Below are positions 38,731 through 50,159 of a stretch of 64,000 bases of DNA, piece by piece; position 1 is the stretch's first letter, and every line of letters begins with the position of its first letter. The DNA is taken from the NCBI GenBank assembly GCA_965223845.1, contig CBDCXR010000004.1, positions 3,200,001-3,264,000 of the forward strand. The letters are read 5' to 3'. Source of the DNA: Planctomycetota bacterium (GTDB taxonomy: Bacteria; Planctomycetota; UBA8108; SXIK01). Under the pieces are notes generated by a model. It did not search any database, was not told the DNA's origin, and saw nothing but the letters and a program-made list of their open reading frames with translations. A program made the translations under genes and the position numbers.

Positions 38731-40301
38731 ACGCGAGCGCGCGGAGGGTGGTTCCGCACACTGTGCCCGAGTCTCGCCTCTTTCGACGACGACGAGCCGG
38801 AGGAGTCCGCGCGGTACAGGCTTGGACCTTTGTCGTCCTCGCCGCGATCGCGATCGCGTCTCGTCCGTCGCTCGCGACGTCTGAGGAGCGACGCCGGGAG
38901 CGCCCGAACGTGCTCTTCATCGCCGTCGACGACCTCCGGGTCGAGCTCGGCTGCTACGGCGGCACGATCGTCCGCTCGCCGAATATCGACGCGCTCGCCG
39001 AACGCGGAACGCTCTTCACGCGCGCCTACTGCCAGCAGGCGGTGTGCAATCCTTCACGTGCGTCGCTCCTCACCGGTCTCCGTCCGGCCACGCTCGGAAT
39101 CTGGGATCTCCCGACTCACTTTCGCCAGTCGCACCCGAGCGTCGTCACGCTTCCCGAGCTCTTCAAGGGAGCGGGATACTTCACCCAAAACACCGGGAAG
39201 ATTTATCACAACTGGCGACAGGACGAATTCAAGGGAGACGCGCAGTCGTGGTCTGTCCCGGCGGTGATGCACTACAACTCTCACGGTGCCGACAAGCCGC
39301 AGCTAACGAGCGAGATCAGTCCCGATGAGGCGAGCTTGCCGCGCTGCGAAATGCGCGACGTCCCCGACGAAGCCTACTTCGACGGCCGCATCGCGAACCT
39401 CGCCGTTTCTGCACTCCAGGATCTGGCGGCGAAGGAACAACCCTTCTTCCTCGCGGTCGGCTTCTGGAAGCCGCACGCTCCGTTCAACGCGCCGAAGCGC
39501 TACTGGGATCTCTACGCACCTCGCGAAATCCCCGCCGCGGCCACCGCGAGTGCGCCTCGTGCGGTTCCGGAGATCGCCCTTCACGACAGCCGCGAAATCC
39601 TTCGCGGTTTCAGAGATCGCCCGACCGGGAAGCCGACGCCGGAGGAGGCGCTCCAACTTCGCCACGGATACTACGCGGCAACGAGCTACGTCGACGCGCA
39701 GGTGGGAAAGGTCGTCGCCGAGCTCGATCGACTCGCGCTCGCCTCATCGACGATCATCGTCTTTTGGTCGGATCACGGATTCCACCTCGGCGAGCACGCC
39801 CTGTGGGCGAAGACATCGAACTTCGAGCTCGACGCGCGCGTCCCGCTCATCATCGCCACGCCCGATCACCCTCGCGGTCAGCGCACGCACGCGATCGTGG
39901 AGCTCCTCGATCTCTATCCTACGCTGGCCGACCTCTGCGGACTCGCCGCGCCGGCGGAGCTCGAAGGCACGAGCTTGCGTCCGCTACTCGAGAATCCGAG
40001 CGGCGCCGTCAAGAAGGCAGCGTTCACATGGCACCCGCGTCCGGCCTACCCTCCCCGCGACAGTTTGCCGCAGGCGATGGGGTACTCGATGCGCACACCC
40101 GACTTCCGCTACACCGAATGGCGCGAATGCGCTACCGGACGCGTTCTCGCGCGCGAGCTGTACGACCACCGCGTCGACCCGGACGAGACCGTGAACGTCG
40201 CGGGCGATCCGATCCGCGCCGCCGAGGTCGATGTTCTGTCCAAACATCTCGGGGAAATTCACCCGCGTGTTGCGCTTGAGCGGCGACACCCTGCAAGATG
40301 A
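38727..40301 (+). CDS. sulfatase (iduronate-2-sulfatase/choline-sulfatase-like)
   Basis: [13 protein letters not shown]; CNPSRAS; GKIYH; KPHAPF; [10 protein letters not shown]. Start uncertain (TTG 38727 overlapping the MFP stop, or a nearby GTG). Confidence 0.93.
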   Translation: MNASARRVVPHTVPESRLFRRRRAGGVRAVQAWTFVVLAAIAIASRPSLATSEERRRERPNVLFIAVDDLRVELGCYGGTIVRSPNIDALAERGTLFTRAYCQQAVCNPSRASLLTGLRPATLGIWDLPTHFRQSHPSVVTLPELFKGAGYFTQNTGKIYHNWRQDEFKGDAQSWSVPAVMHYNSHGADKPQLTSEISPDEASLPRCEMRDVPDEAYFDGRIANLAVSALQDLAAKEQPFFLAVGFWKPHAPFNAPKRYWDLYAPREIPAAATASAPRAVPEIALHDSREILRGFRDRPTGKPTPEEALQLRHGYYAATSYVDAQVGKVVAELDRLALASSTIIVFWSDHGFHLGEHALWAKTSNFELDARVPLIIATPDHPRGQRTHAIVELLDLYPTLADLCGLAAPAELEGTSLRPLLENPSGAVKKAAFTWHPRPAYPPRDSLPQAMGYSMRTPDFRYTEWRECATGRVLARELYDHRVDPDETVNVAGDPIRAAEVDVLSKHLGEIHPRVALERRHPAR

Positions 40302-40428
40302 GGGACGAACCGGATCCGGGAGAGTCCGGGCGGCGGAGTCCGACCGAGCCGCGCGGAGCGATCTCCCCACAGTGAAGGCGCAGCGAGCGTCCTTCTCGAA
40401 CCGTTTTCATCGTCGCGGATGAGTCGAC

Positions 40429-43400
40429 ATGCGCAGAGCATCACGCAGCTTCCGTTCCCGTCGAACACCGAGGACCCTCTCCGCGGGCGCAGTGCTCGCG
40501 GCGCTGATCGTCGCGCCGTCGTCGCGCGCGGCCGACGACATCGAGTTTAGTCGCGACATTCGACCACTCCTCTCGGACAAGTGTTTTCACTGTCACGGTC
40601 CCGACGCGACGACGCGCGAGGGGAATCTTCGTCTCGATGTCGAAGAGGGCGTGTTTCAGCGTCGCGGACGCAGGCGTGTTCCGGTGGTCGCCGGCCAGCC
40701 CTCCCGGAGCGCGGTCTTCCGGAGAATCACCGCCGACGATCCGGACGACCGGATGCCCCCGCCCGATTCGGGCAAATCGCTGAGCGAGAGTGAGATCGAG
40801 CTGATCCGGCGCTGGATCGAGCAGGGCGCCGAATGGCAGGGGCACTGGTCGCTCATCTCGCCGACGCGCCCACCCGTCCCGGAGGTCACCGACACCGCGT
40901 GGCCGCGGACGACTCTCGATCGCTTCGTCCTCGCTCGTCTCGAGACGGAGATGCTCCGACCTTCACCCGAGGCCGACCGGCGCACGTGGATCCGACGCGT
41001 CACACTCGACCTTACGGGATTGCCGCCGACAATCGATGAGGTCGAACGCTTCGTCGCCGACACTTCGGCCGACGCGTACGAAAAGGTCGTCGACCGCCTC
41101 CTCGGTTCGCCGGCCTACGGTGAACACCAGGCGCGATTCTGGCTCGACGCCGCCCGCTACGGCGACACCCACGGCCTCCACCTCGACAACTACCGCGAAA
41201 TCTGGCCGTACCGGGACTGGGTCATCCGCGCGTTCAACGCCAACCTCGGGTGGGACGAGTTCACCGTCAAGAATCTCGCCGGAGATCTGCTCCCTGGCGC
41301 CACGCTCGACGATCTCGTCGCGAGCGGATTCAACCGCTGTCATATCACGACGAGCGAGGGAGGATCGATCGCGGAGGAAGTGTACGTCCGCAACGTCGTC
41401 GATCGCGTCTCCACCGTCGGAACGGTGTTTCTCGGGCTCACGACGGGTTGCGCGGTCTGCCACGATCACAAGTTCGATCCGTTCACGATGCGCGACTTCT
41501 ATTCGATGTTCGCGTTCTTCAACAATCTCGACGCAAACCCGCTCGACGGAAACGCGAAAGCTCACGCGCCGGTGACGAAGGTCCCGACGGAGACGGACCG
41601 CGTCCGGAGCGAGGAGTACGCGGCGAAGATCCGCGGAATCGAGACCCGGCTCGCCGGCCCCTGGCCGGGCCTCGACGCGCGGCAAGCCGAGTGGGAGAAG
41701 AAGTGGACAGGGAAATTCACGGATCTCTGGACGGCTCCCCCACCGGCGTCAGCCTCATCCTCCGGCGGAGCGACCCTCTCGATCCAAGACGATCGCTCCG
41801 TTCTTGCGACCGGCGCGAACCCGCCGAAGGACGTGTACACCGTGGAGCTCCACGTGCCGACGGGAAAGGTCTCGGCCGTTCGCCTCGAGGCGCTCACGCA
41901 TTCTTCCTACGGCGGCAAAAACGGTCGCGCTTCGAACGGAAACGCGGTGCTGAGCGAGTTCGAGCTCGAGGCGATCCCTCTCGCTACGCCGGGCGCCGAT
42001 CCGACTCGCGTCCGATGGGCGTCGGCTTCGGCGGACCACTCGCAGAAAGACTATCCGATCGCAAACGCGATCGATGGCAAGGTCGACGACAAGAACGGCT
42101 GGGCTACGGAGGGCTACTCGCGCGCGGAAGCGCGAAACGCGACGTTCGTGCCGACGGAGCCGTTCGGTTTCGATGGCGGTACGCTCGTTCGCTGTCGCCT
42201 TCGCTTCGAGACTCAGTTCGCTCAGCACGCGTTCGGCCGTGTGCGGGTGTCGATCAGCACGCGAGACGACTTCGCGGAAGTCACGGGCGCTGTTCCCCCC
42301 GAGGGCCTCGCGGCAGCACTCGCCGTCCCCGCGGCGGACCGAGACGAAGCGCAGGCGAAGCTCGTCCGCGCGCACTATCGTGAATCTACGTCGTCCGAAT
42401 GGAAGTCTCTTTCGTCAGAGCTCGCCGAGCTAAACAAGGCGGCAACTCAGCTCGAAGCGTCGTTCCCGACGACGCTCATCATGAAGGAGCGAGCGTCACC
42501 TAGGCCGGCGTATCTTCTTCGCCGCGGCCAGTACGACCTCCCCGATAAGGAGCTCGGTGAGCTGCCGAGAGCAGTGCCGAGCGCGTTTCCTCCGCTGCCG
42601 GAGAACGCTCCCGTCAATCGACTCGGTTTCGCGCAGTGGCTCATCGCGTCGGAGCACCCGCTTCTTGCGCGCGTGACCGTCAATCGTTTCTGGCAGCAGT
42701 TCTTCGGCCGCGGGATCGTCGAGACCGCCGAGGATTTCGGATCGCAGGGCGCCTGGCCGACCCACCCGCGACTTCTCGATTGGCTCGCGGTCGAGTTTCG
42801 CGAATCGGGCTGGGACGTGAAGCAACTCTTCCGCACGATCGCGCTCTCGGCGACGTACCGCCAGAGCTCACGCGCGCCGGCGGAACTTTGGCAGCGCGAC
42901 CCGCAGAACCGCCTGCTCGCTCGCGGCCCGAGGTTCCGTCTCGACGCGGAGTCGCTTCGCGATCAGGCTCTCTCGGTGAGCGGCCTCCTCGTCGAGCGAG
43001 TCGGCGGTCCGCCGGTGAAGCCGCCGCAGCCCGACGGGCTCTGGAAGGCCGTCGCGTACGTCGGCTCGAACACAATGAAGTTCACGGCGGACAAGGGCCC
43101 CGAGAAAGTCCACCGCCGCAGCCTCTACACGTTTTGGAAGCGCACGGCGCCGGCTCCGCAGATGACGACGTTCGACGCGCCGTCGCGTGAGAGCTGTACG
43201 GTGCGCCGAGAACGCACGAACACGCCGCTACAGGCGCTCCTCCTCCTCAACGATCCGCAGTACGTGGAAGCCGCGCGCCATCTCGCTCTGCGAGCGCTCC
43301 GCGAATGCAGCGGTTCGCCGTCCGAACGCGCGGGGCACCTCCTCCGCCTCGCCACGCTCAGGCCGGCGACCGACGGCGAAGTCGAAGAGCTGGTCGCGGT

Positions 43401-43569
43401 CTACGAGGACCGTCTCGCGTTCTATCGTTCGCATCCTGACGAGGCGAAAGCGATCCTCGCCATCGGTGAACCGACGAGTGGCGACCGGCCCGGAACCGCC
43501 GAGCTTGCCGCGTGGACGCTCGTCGGAAATGTCGTACTCAACCTCGACGAAGTGCTGACCAAGGAGTGA
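40429..43569 (+). CDS. planctomycete cytochrome c + DUF1549 + DUF1553 protein
   Basis: [20 protein letters not shown]; [12 protein letters not shown]; [10 protein letters not shown]; [11 protein letters not shown]; inserted beta-sandwich (IANAIDG...GWA); [14 protein letters not shown]. Confidence 0.95.
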   Translation: MRRASRSFRSRRTPRTLSAGAVLAALIVAPSSRAADDIEFSRDIRPLLSDKCFHCHGPDATTREGNLRLDVEEGVFQRRGRRRVPVVAGQPSRSAVFRRITADDPDDRMPPPDSGKSLSESEIELIRRWIEQGAEWQGHWSLISPTRPPVPEVTDTAWPRTTLDRFVLARLETEMLRPSPEADRRTWIRRVTLDLTGLPPTIDEVERFVADTSADAYEKVVDRLLGSPAYGEHQARFWLDAARYGDTHGLHLDNYREIWPYRDWVIRAFNANLGWDEFTVKNLAGDLLPGATLDDLVASGFNRCHITTSEGGSIAEEVYVRNVVDRVSTVGTVFLGLTTGCAVCHDHKFDPFTMRDFYSMFAFFNNLDANPLDGNAKAHAPVTKVPTETDRVRSEEYAAKIRGIETRLAGPWPGLDARQAEWEKKWTGKFTDLWTAPPPASASSSGGATLSIQDDRSVLATGANPPKDVYTVELHVPTGKVSAVRLEALTHSSYGGKNGRASNGNAVLSEFELEAIPLATPGADPTRVRWASASADHSQKDYPIANAIDGKVDDKNGWATEGYSRAEARNATFVPTEPFGFDGGTLVRCRLRFETQFAQHAFGRVRVSISTRDDFAEVTGAVPPEGLAAALAVPAADRDEAQAKLVRAHYRESTSSEWKSLSSELAELNKAATQLEASFPTTLIMKERASPRPAYLLRRGQYDLPDKELGELPRAVPSAFPPLPENAPVNRLGFAQWLIASEHPLLARVTVNRFWQQFFGRGIVETAEDFGSQGAWPTHPRLLDWLAVEFRESGWDVKQLFRTIALSATYRQSSRAPAELWQRDPQNRLLARGPRFRLDAESLRDQALSVSGLLVERVGGPPVKPPQPDGLWKAVAYVGSNTMKFTADKGPEKVHRRSLYTFWKRTAPAPQMTTFDAPSRESCTVRRERTNTPLQALLLLNDPQYVEAARHLALRALRECSGSPSERAGHLLRLATLRPATDGEVEELVAVYEDRLAFYRSHPDEAKAILAIGEPTSGDRPGTAELAAWTLVGNVVLNLDEVLTKE

Positions 43570-43573
43570 ATCC

Positions 43574-45127
43574 ATGAGCTCCGACCCGCTGAGCCCGATC
43601 GAATCCGATCTCGCGCGCTACGCGAGAGCCATGACGCGGCGGCACTTCTTTCGGAGTGGCGCGCTCGGCCTCGGGTCCGCCGCTCTCGCGTCGCTCCTCG
43701 AGCCGACGCGAGCACTCGCCGGCGGCGCGCCTCCGCAATCATTCTCGGCGACGGGCGGACTCCCCGGCCTCCCGCATTTCGCGCCGAAGGCGAAGAGCGC
43801 GATCTACCTCTTCATGGCGGGCGCGCCGTGCCAGATGGACCTCCTCGACTACAAGCCGAAGCTCGGCGACAAGTTTCGCGCGGATCTGAGAAAAGAAGTC
43901 TACGAAGACGGCTCCCCGGTGCTTCGAACCCGCGTCACCACGATGACGTCCGGGCAAGCCACGTTTCCGATTGCGCCGTCGAAGTACTCGTTCTCCCAGC
44001 ACGGCCAGAGCGGCGCTTGGGTGAGCGAGCTCCTTCCCTACACCGCGCGCATGGTCGACGATATCGCGATCGTGCGTTCGGTTTGGACCGAAGCGATCAA
44101 CCACGATCCGGCGATTACTTACATTCAGACCGGAAACCAGATTCCGGGGCGTCCGAGTCTCGGCGCGTGGCTCAGCTACGGGCTCGGCACGGAGAACTCG
44201 AACCTTCCGACCTTCGTCGTGATGACGCCGTATTGGACGGGACGAAAGGACGCACAGGCGCTCTACAATCGGCTGTGGGGATCAGGGTTTCTTCCGAGCA
44301 AGCACCAGGGAGTTTCACTCCGATCGAGCGGCGATCCGGTGCTCTTTCTGTCGAATCCCCCCGGGGTCGACGGAATCGGACGCCGGCGCGTCATCGACGC
44401 CGTCAGCCGTCTCAATCGTGCTCGCGCCGGGATCGTCGGCGATCCGGAAATCGAGGCGCGCATCTCCCAGTACGAGATGGCGTATCGGATGCAGTCCTCC
44501 GTTCCAGATCTGACCGACATCGCCGGCGAATCGGACGCCGTGCGCAACCTCTACGGTCCGGACGTCACGAAACCGGGATCCTTCGCTGCGAGCTGCCTCC
44601 TCGCGCGCCGGATGGTCGAGCGGGGCGTGCGCTTCGTGCAGATCTTCCACCGCGGGTGGGACCAGCACGGGAACGTCGCCGGAGATCTTCCGAAGCAGTG
44701 CCAGGACATCGATCAGCCGAGCTGGGCGCTCGTCCAGGATCTCAAGGCGCGCGGTCTTCTCGACGACACTCTCGTCGTCTGGGGCGGCGAGTTCGGCCGC
44801 ACGATCTACTGTCAGGGAAAGCTCACGCGAGAGAACTACGGTCGCGACCATCATCCGGGGTGCTTCACGATCTGGATGGCGGGCGGCGGGATCCGAGGTG
44901 GAGTCGTCCACGGCCAAACGGATGACTACGGCTGCAACATCGTCGACGCGAGCGGTCAGCCGACGACGGACTTCGCCGACGGCGCGGTCCACATCCGCGA
45001 TCTCAACGCGACGATCCTCCATCAGCTCGGAATCGACCACGAACGATTGAGCGTCAAGTTTCGCGGGCTGGACCTCCGACTCACCGGCGTCGAGGAGTCG
45101 CACGTCGTCTCGAACATCCTCACTTGA
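43574..45127 (+). CDS. DUF1501 domain protein
   Basis: TRRHFF; [15 protein letters not shown]; GWDQH; GGEFGRT; GRDHHP; SD AAGGAG. Confidence 0.95.
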   Translation: MSSDPLSPIESDLARYARAMTRRHFFRSGALGLGSAALASLLEPTRALAGGAPPQSFSATGGLPGLPHFAPKAKSAIYLFMAGAPCQMDLLDYKPKLGDKFRADLRKEVYEDGSPVLRTRVTTMTSGQATFPIAPSKYSFSQHGQSGAWVSELLPYTARMVDDIAIVRSVWTEAINHDPAITYIQTGNQIPGRPSLGAWLSYGLGTENSNLPTFVVMTPYWTGRKDAQALYNRLWGSGFLPSKHQGVSLRSSGDPVLFLSNPPGVDGIGRRRVIDAVSRLNRARAGIVGDPEIEARISQYEMAYRMQSSVPDLTDIAGESDAVRNLYGPDVTKPGSFAASCLLARRMVERGVRFVQIFHRGWDQHGNVAGDLPKQCQDIDQPSWALVQDLKARGLLDDTLVVWGGEFGRTIYCQGKLTRENYGRDHHPGCFTIWMAGGGIRGGVVHGQTDDYGCNIVDASGQPTTDFADGAVHIRDLNATILHQLGIDHERLSVKFRGLDLRLTGVEESHVVSNILT

Positions 45128-45157
45128 GTCCGGGATCAGGCCGCCGAAGCGGAGGAT

Positions 45158-45985
45158 TCAGTGCTTCGCTTTCGCCGCCCGGATCGCCCGCAGAGCCGCC
45201 AGCGCCTCCGCCCGCACATCGGCGTTCTCGCTCCGGGCGAGGCGCTCGAGTGCCGATTCGCTTTCGGCGACGTTCGCCTCGCCGAGCCGAAACGCGGCGT
45301 AAATCTGCAAGTGACGATGCGACGCGCCCTCGAGCCATCCGAGCAGGACCTTGATCTGCTCCTCGGCGAGCGGCCGCACGGAGCGAATCTCGATCGCGTG
45401 GCCGGCGTCATCGCTCGAGATCGTCGGCGCCTTCTCGGGATCCACGCATTTGCTGATTCGGAGAAGCGCTTCGAAGAGAGGAGTGACGGAAACGACGAAT
45501 CCCGGTGCGCCGGGCATCTCCATCTCCTCGATGTTCAACTCTTCGACGCACTTCCACCATGCGCTCAAGCCCTTATCGAGCGGCTCGGATCGCATGCCAC
45601 TTCGGTGCTTGTCGAGTCCACGGATGATGTCGCGCTTCGTGAGCTCGCCCTCGCGCCAAATCGTGGCTCGGTAGAGGTCCGTTTGCAGCGCATCGAAGGT
45701 GACGTCGATCCCGAAGACGTCGGGAGTCTCGAGGAGAAGCGCTACGAATCGCTCGAGAGCGCGCCGACGTCCGCGCTCCGATCGCAGGAACTCCTCTGCC
45801 GCTCGTCGCTCCGGGGACTCCGGAGGGAACTCCGAGTACGCGAGGACGAGATCTGGTTCTGAGTCGAGCCCCCGAACGAGTCGGCGAACGCGAATCTCGT
45901 CCACGAAAAAGAGCGAGCCTACCCCGACCGCGATCACGATCGCGCCGAGCCCGAACACGGTCGCCCGGCTGAGTCTTCTTGGCAT
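45158..45985 (-). CDS. membrane-anchored hypothetical protein with C-terminal HEAT repeat
   Basis: ATG 45985; TM VFGLGAIVIAVGVGSLFF; C-terminal AAFRLGE...SENADVRAEALAAL. Confidence 0.75.
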   Translation of the reverse strand: MPRRLSRATVFGLGAIVIAVGVGSLFFVDEIRVRRLVRGLDSEPDLVLAYSEFPPESPERRAAEEFLRSERGRRRALERFVALLLETPDVFGIDVTFDALQTDLYRATIWREGELTKRDIIRGLDKHRSGMRSEPLDKGLSAWWKCVEELNIEEMEMPGAPGFVVSVTPLFEALLRISKCVDPEKAPTISSDDAGHAIEIRSVRPLAEEQIKVLLGWLEGASHRHLQIYAAFRLGEANVAESESALERLARSENADVRAEALAALRAIRAAKAKH

Positions 45986-46176
45986 CGACGTGCTGTCGCC
46001 TCTCTCGTTCGCCGCCCCCTCGCCCCGAATCCAACGCAGTTCGGGACGTTCCGCGAGAGTCAGAGTATCAAGGATTCCACGAATTCGCAGAAAGTCAGAG
46101 ACCGATCGCGAGTCTATCGATCTACAGGGTCGGTGGTGCGGCATTCCGACCCGAGCCGAGGATCGATCGAGACCTC

Positions 46177-49032
46177 ATGAAAACGCAGCCCAGTTCCTCT
46201 CGTGTGGACTCCGCGATCGTCAAATCGATCCGCGCCGGACGCACCGAGGATTTCGAGAAGCTCGTTCTCCGCTGGCAGAAGCCTGCATTCGCAGTCGCGG
46301 TTGCGGTCGGAGTTCCCCCAGATCACGCTGCGGACGCACTGCAGGAAGCGTTCGTCCGAGCGCTTCGCGAGATCGAATCCCTCCGAGATCCCGGTTCGTT
46401 CGGTCCGTGGTTTCTCGCGATCGTCCGCAACGTCGCGCGGCGCCAGCTCGCGGATGCTCGCCGGATGGTGCTTTCACCGAACGTCGAGCTCAGCGCGGAG
46501 TCGTACTCCGATTCATTCGAAAAGCGAGAGTTCAATCGCTATGTCTGGTCGAAGGTCGACGCGCTTCCGGAGGCTCTACGCGAGGCGCTCGTCCTCTACT
46601 ACTGGGAGGGTGAGTCCGTGCGCAGCGTGGCGCGCGCGCTCGGGACCACGGCGGCGGCGGTCAAAAACCGTCTCCACAAGGGACGCGAAATCCTGAGGGA
46701 GAGACTGTGGCGCGAAATCGGAACCTCGATTCGCGACATGCTCCCTTCTGCGCGCGAGTGGAAACGCGGTGCGCGCCGCGTCTCCCTCATCGCAATCGCG
46801 AGTCTCCCCGCCGCTTGGACTCCGGTAGCGGCGGCCGGAGTGCACTCCGCCGCGACGACCGCCGTCTCGTCCGTGGCGGCCGAATCCACGGTGTCAGGAG
46901 GTCTCCTACTTATGAGCGGCAAAGTCGCACCGTCGATCGCGATCGGCTCGGTTCTTCTCTTTCTGACGGGGTTCTTCGCGGGCTACTCCATGGAGGAGCC
47001 GCGCCCCGAGAACAACTCGAAGGCTCCTACCGTAGTCGCGACCGAAACTCCCGCGCGCGCGGCGGCGCCGCAGACGGCGAACGATCTCGGGAGCCGGAGC
47101 GGAAACAGAGTAGACGACGCGCCGGCCGAGGTCGCCGTTGTTCGAGCTCCGCCGGACGAAGAGGTCACGACCGGAGCCTTGCGCGTCTCAGCGGTGTGGG
47201 CGCAGACGAACGAACCCGCCGCGGGGGTCCGCATCGAAGTCGAGCCTCGCGGTACGACCTTCCCACGCTACGCCGATCTCGCCGGCACAACGGACGATCG
47301 AGGCGTCGCCGTCATCGCGGCCGTTCCGGCCGGAATCGCGACCGTGCGAGCCGATCGCGCGTGGCCGCGGGGGCACGTGCGCGCTAGTCGCGCGGAGATT
47401 GCCGCCGGCGAGACGACCGAGTTTTTTCTTCGCCTCGAAGATCAGATCACCGTGGCGGGTCGCGTCGTCGACGCCGACGGTAGGCGCGTCCCCGACGCCG
47501 AGATCTGGCTCACTCGGAGCACCTTCGATCCGCATCAATCCGCGCGCATCTCAGCCTCGGACGAGAACGGCGAATTCTCTCTCCGCGGGGTCGAGAGCGG
47601 GCGCTACGTGTTTGCGCGGAAAGACGGTTTCGAGCCGTCGAAGATTCACGCCGCTAGAGGCGAGAGCGGCGACACGATGGTGCTCGAGCTTCAGCTCCCC
47701 GGTCGCGGGGGTGCGGTCGCCGGTCGCGTCTTCGCTCCCGATCGCAGCCCGGTGGCCGGAGCGCTCGTCGTGCTCGGGGATCGCCCCGGGATGAGCGGAG
47801 CGTACATCGCCCCGCCCGCTCCAATCGCGCTTCGCTCGGACCCCGACGGAGCCTTCGCTCTCGCGGGCCTTCAGCCCGGCCGCGTTCCCTTGCTCGTTCG
47901 GGCACCTGGACTCGCGCCGAGAGATACGTTCGTCGACGTGCAAGCGGGCGTTGAGGTCGAAGTCGACATCGAGCTCGAGCCGGGTGCAAGCCTCGCCGGA
48001 CGCGTCACCGACGCAAGCGGCTCACCCATCGAGCGCGCGCGGGTCGAGGTCGCGGTGGTTGAGGATCCTCTGCGTACGAATCCCGTGAATACCCACACGT
48101 GGACGGATGCTCGCGGCGATTTCGTCATCGAAGGACTCGCCGCAGGTCCGACTCCGGTCGCCATCAGCGCTCGCGGACGGCAGTCGTACCGAGAATCCGT
48201 CGAGCTCGCGCTCGGAGAGACCATCGAGATCGACGTCGAGCTTCGCGGGACCGTCACCCTCCGTGGCCGCGTCGTGTTCGAGGACGGAAACCCGATGACG
48301 AACGGGATCGTCATCGTTGCGGGCGTCTGGGAAAAGCTCGACCGTGAAGGGCGCTTTTCGGTGGAGAACGTCGAAGAGCGCGACTACTCCCTCTCGGTGA
48401 GAGAGCGTGAGCAACGGTTCGACTGCTTCCGCGCGGACGTCCGACCGTCGGAGGAGGAGATCACGATCGTCGTCCCGGAAGAAAACCGTGCGACCGCGTT
48501 CGTCGCGGGGAAGATACTCGACGCCGACGGAAGCGCGGTTTGGAAGGCAGAAGTTCTCTGCCTGAAGAAGGATCCCTGGCACGAGAGCAGCGTGCGATCC
48601 GGGTTTTTCGGCGGATTTCGGGTCGGACCGCTTCCTCCGGGTGACTACCGTGTGGCCGCGAAAACGAGCGCCGGCGCGAGGACGTGGCTCACGCGAACCA
48701 TCCGCGTCGAAGCAGGCGAATCGGTCGATGTCGGTGAGTTCAAGCTCGCCGCGGGCGGAGCATTGCGCACCGAGTTCGCACCCGGAGCGCGACAAGAGGG
48801 TCTCTGGCTCCTCGTGCTCGACAGCGACGATCTCCCCGTCGTCGCGGACCACGTAACGGCTGAGCGTTCACGGACGGATCCGGTCGTCGCGGGAAGGTAT
48901 CGCGTCACTCTTCGTCGTGGCGGGAAGGTCGCGTTTGAGCAATCCGTCGAGATCGAAGCGGACGCCGAGACGGTTCTTCGCGTCGGTGCGGACGACATCG
49001 CGGACGACACCACAGACGAGGAAGCTCCATGA
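46177..49032 (+). CDS. membrane-tethered ECF sigma factor fused to carboxypeptidase-regulatory-like repeats
   Basis: Sigma2 (HAADALQEAFVRA...FGPWFLAIVRN) and sigma4 (LPEALREALVLYYWEGES...VKNRLHKGR), Ala-rich linker, TM (IAIGSVLLFLTGFFAGY), repeated GRVxDxxGxP modules. Start moved to ATG 46177. Confidence 0.93.
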   Translation: MKTQPSSSRVDSAIVKSIRAGRTEDFEKLVLRWQKPAFAVAVAVGVPPDHAADALQEAFVRALREIESLRDPGSFGPWFLAIVRNVARRQLADARRMVLSPNVELSAESYSDSFEKREFNRYVWSKVDALPEALREALVLYYWEGESVRSVARALGTTAAAVKNRLHKGREILRERLWREIGTSIRDMLPSAREWKRGARRVSLIAIASLPAAWTPVAAAGVHSAATTAVSSVAAESTVSGGLLLMSGKVAPSIAIGSVLLFLTGFFAGYSMEEPRPENNSKAPTVVATETPARAAAPQTANDLGSRSGNRVDDAPAEVAVVRAPPDEEVTTGALRVSAVWAQTNEPAAGVRIEVEPRGTTFPRYADLAGTTDDRGVAVIAAVPAGIATVRADRAWPRGHVRASRAEIAAGETTEFFLRLEDQITVAGRVVDADGRRVPDAEIWLTRSTFDPHQSARISASDENGEFSLRGVESGRYVFARKDGFEPSKIHAARGESGDTMVLELQLPGRGGAVAGRVFAPDRSPVAGALVVLGDRPGMSGAYIAPPAPIALRSDPDGAFALAGLQPGRVPLLVRAPGLAPRDTFVDVQAGVEVEVDIELEPGASLAGRVTDASGSPIERARVEVAVVEDPLRTNPVNTHTWTDARGDFVIEGLAAGPTPVAISARGRQSYRESVELALGETIEIDVELRGTVTLRGRVVFEDGNPMTNGIVIVAGVWEKLDREGRFSVENVEERDYSLSVREREQRFDCFRADVRPSEEEITIVVPEENRATAFVAGKILDADGSAVWKAEVLCLKKDPWHESSVRSGFFGGFRVGPLPPGDYRVAAKTSAGARTWLTRTIRVEAGESVDVGEFKLAAGGALRTEFAPGARQEGLWLLVLDSDDLPVVADHVTAERSRTDPVVAGRYRVTLRRGGKVAFEQSVEIEADAETVLRVGADDIADDTTDEEAP
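46896..46914 (+). promoter_or_regulatory. internal in-frame ribosome-binding site and ATG within ECF fusion gene
   Basis: AGGAGGT-ctcctactt-ATG; ATG at 46912 is in frame. Confidence 0.6.
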
Positions 49033-50078
49033 ACGCAGGGCGATGGATCGGAGTAGCGGTAGGAGCGGCGGTCATCATCGCAGTGGGGTTCTTCGCCGGC
49101 CGCGCGATGCGGGGCGTCGGCGAGCATCCCTCCGGCGCGGAAGGATCGTCGCGAGACGCGCCGAACGACACAGAAACGCCGGAGGAGACTTTGGGGCCGA
49201 TCGCATCGCCCATCTCCCCTGCCGCACCGACCGAGACCGTTCGTCCGAGCGAAGACGGGTCCGCGTCGCCCGCGCGCCGTGGACTCGCCGAGCTTTCGGC
49301 AGACGACTGGAAGGTCATCCGAGCCGTCCTCGAGATCGAAATGCCGTCGTCGCTCGAAAACCTTCGCCGCCTCTCCTCAGACCGGGCGTTCGCAAATGCG
49401 CGAGAGACCGTCCGCGGGAAGTTTCCGACCGTGGAGCCGGACGGACGGGGCGAGCTCACGCACCCCGCCGTGGTGACTGCGCTCATCGAAGCGCTGCTTG
49501 AGAACGCGGGAGTCCCGCTCGACGAAGAACAGTGGAAAGCCGCGGAGGAGCTCGTCGCTGACTACACGGATGCCCTCGCCGACGTCCAGAACCTTCACGG
49601 CGCCAATACGCCGAAGTTCGAGAAGGTCATCGACGAGGTCGGGCTCAAGCAAGACTTCCTCGACGCTCTGTCGGAGGGCCTCTCGGAGCCGCAGCGAACT
49701 GCACTCCGGAATGTCTCGCCCGCGGGAGAGGACTTTCCCGCGATCGCGTCTCCGCTTGTGATGGCCGACTTCGAAATCCACGAGGTACCGACCGACTCCC
49801 TCGACGAGCTTCGCGCCGGCTTCGCGAGCGAGCTCGCCGACGATTTCGAAATCTCCCTCGAATCCGCCGCGGTCCTCAATGAGCGCTATTTCGCGGCGAT
49901 CGCCCCCCTCCTCCGGAACGGTGGAGAGAGCTGGTCCACCATCGACCGCGCTCTCCTCGCGGGTCGGGCGCAGATCGAACTCTTCCGGCCGATCCTCGAG
50001 CTTCCCGATCTCGACGATCGCGCCCGGCGCAAGATCGTCGAGCGACTGCGCTGGCTGGTGATGGTTCCGGCCGAGTGA
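49029..50078 (+). CDS. membrane-anchored helical protein, sigma-less homolog of the C-terminal part of 50512-52239
   Basis: ATGA overlap with the upstream ECF gene; N-terminal TM; shares DWK, EAxL..G..LDxEQ and ERY/ERF blocks with 50512-52239. Confidence 0.8.
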   Translation: MNAGRWIGVAVGAAVIIAVGFFAGRAMRGVGEHPSGAEGSSRDAPNDTETPEETLGPIASPISPAAPTETVRPSEDGSASPARRGLAELSADDWKVIRAVLEIEMPSSLENLRRLSSDRAFANARETVRGKFPTVEPDGRGELTHPAVVTALIEALLENAGVPLDEEQWKAAEELVADYTDALADVQNLHGANTPKFEKVIDEVGLKQDFLDALSEGLSEPQRTALRNVSPAGEDFPAIASPLVMADFEIHEVPTDSLDELRAGFASELADDFEISLESAAVLNERYFAAIAPLLRNGGESWSTIDRALLAGRAQIELFRPILELPDLDDRARRKIVERLRWLVMVPAE

Positions 50079-50141
50079 GATTCTCACCTCGGCACGACGA
50101 CAACATCCCGCACTCGAGCGCACCCGATCGACGCGGCCCTT

Positions 50142-50159
50142 GAGCGGGAGCACCCGCTC
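50142..50159. other. GC-rich hairpin downstream of 49029-50078
   Basis: GAGCGGG-agca-CCCGCTC; no U-tract, so not a classical intrinsic terminator. Confidence 0.3.
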
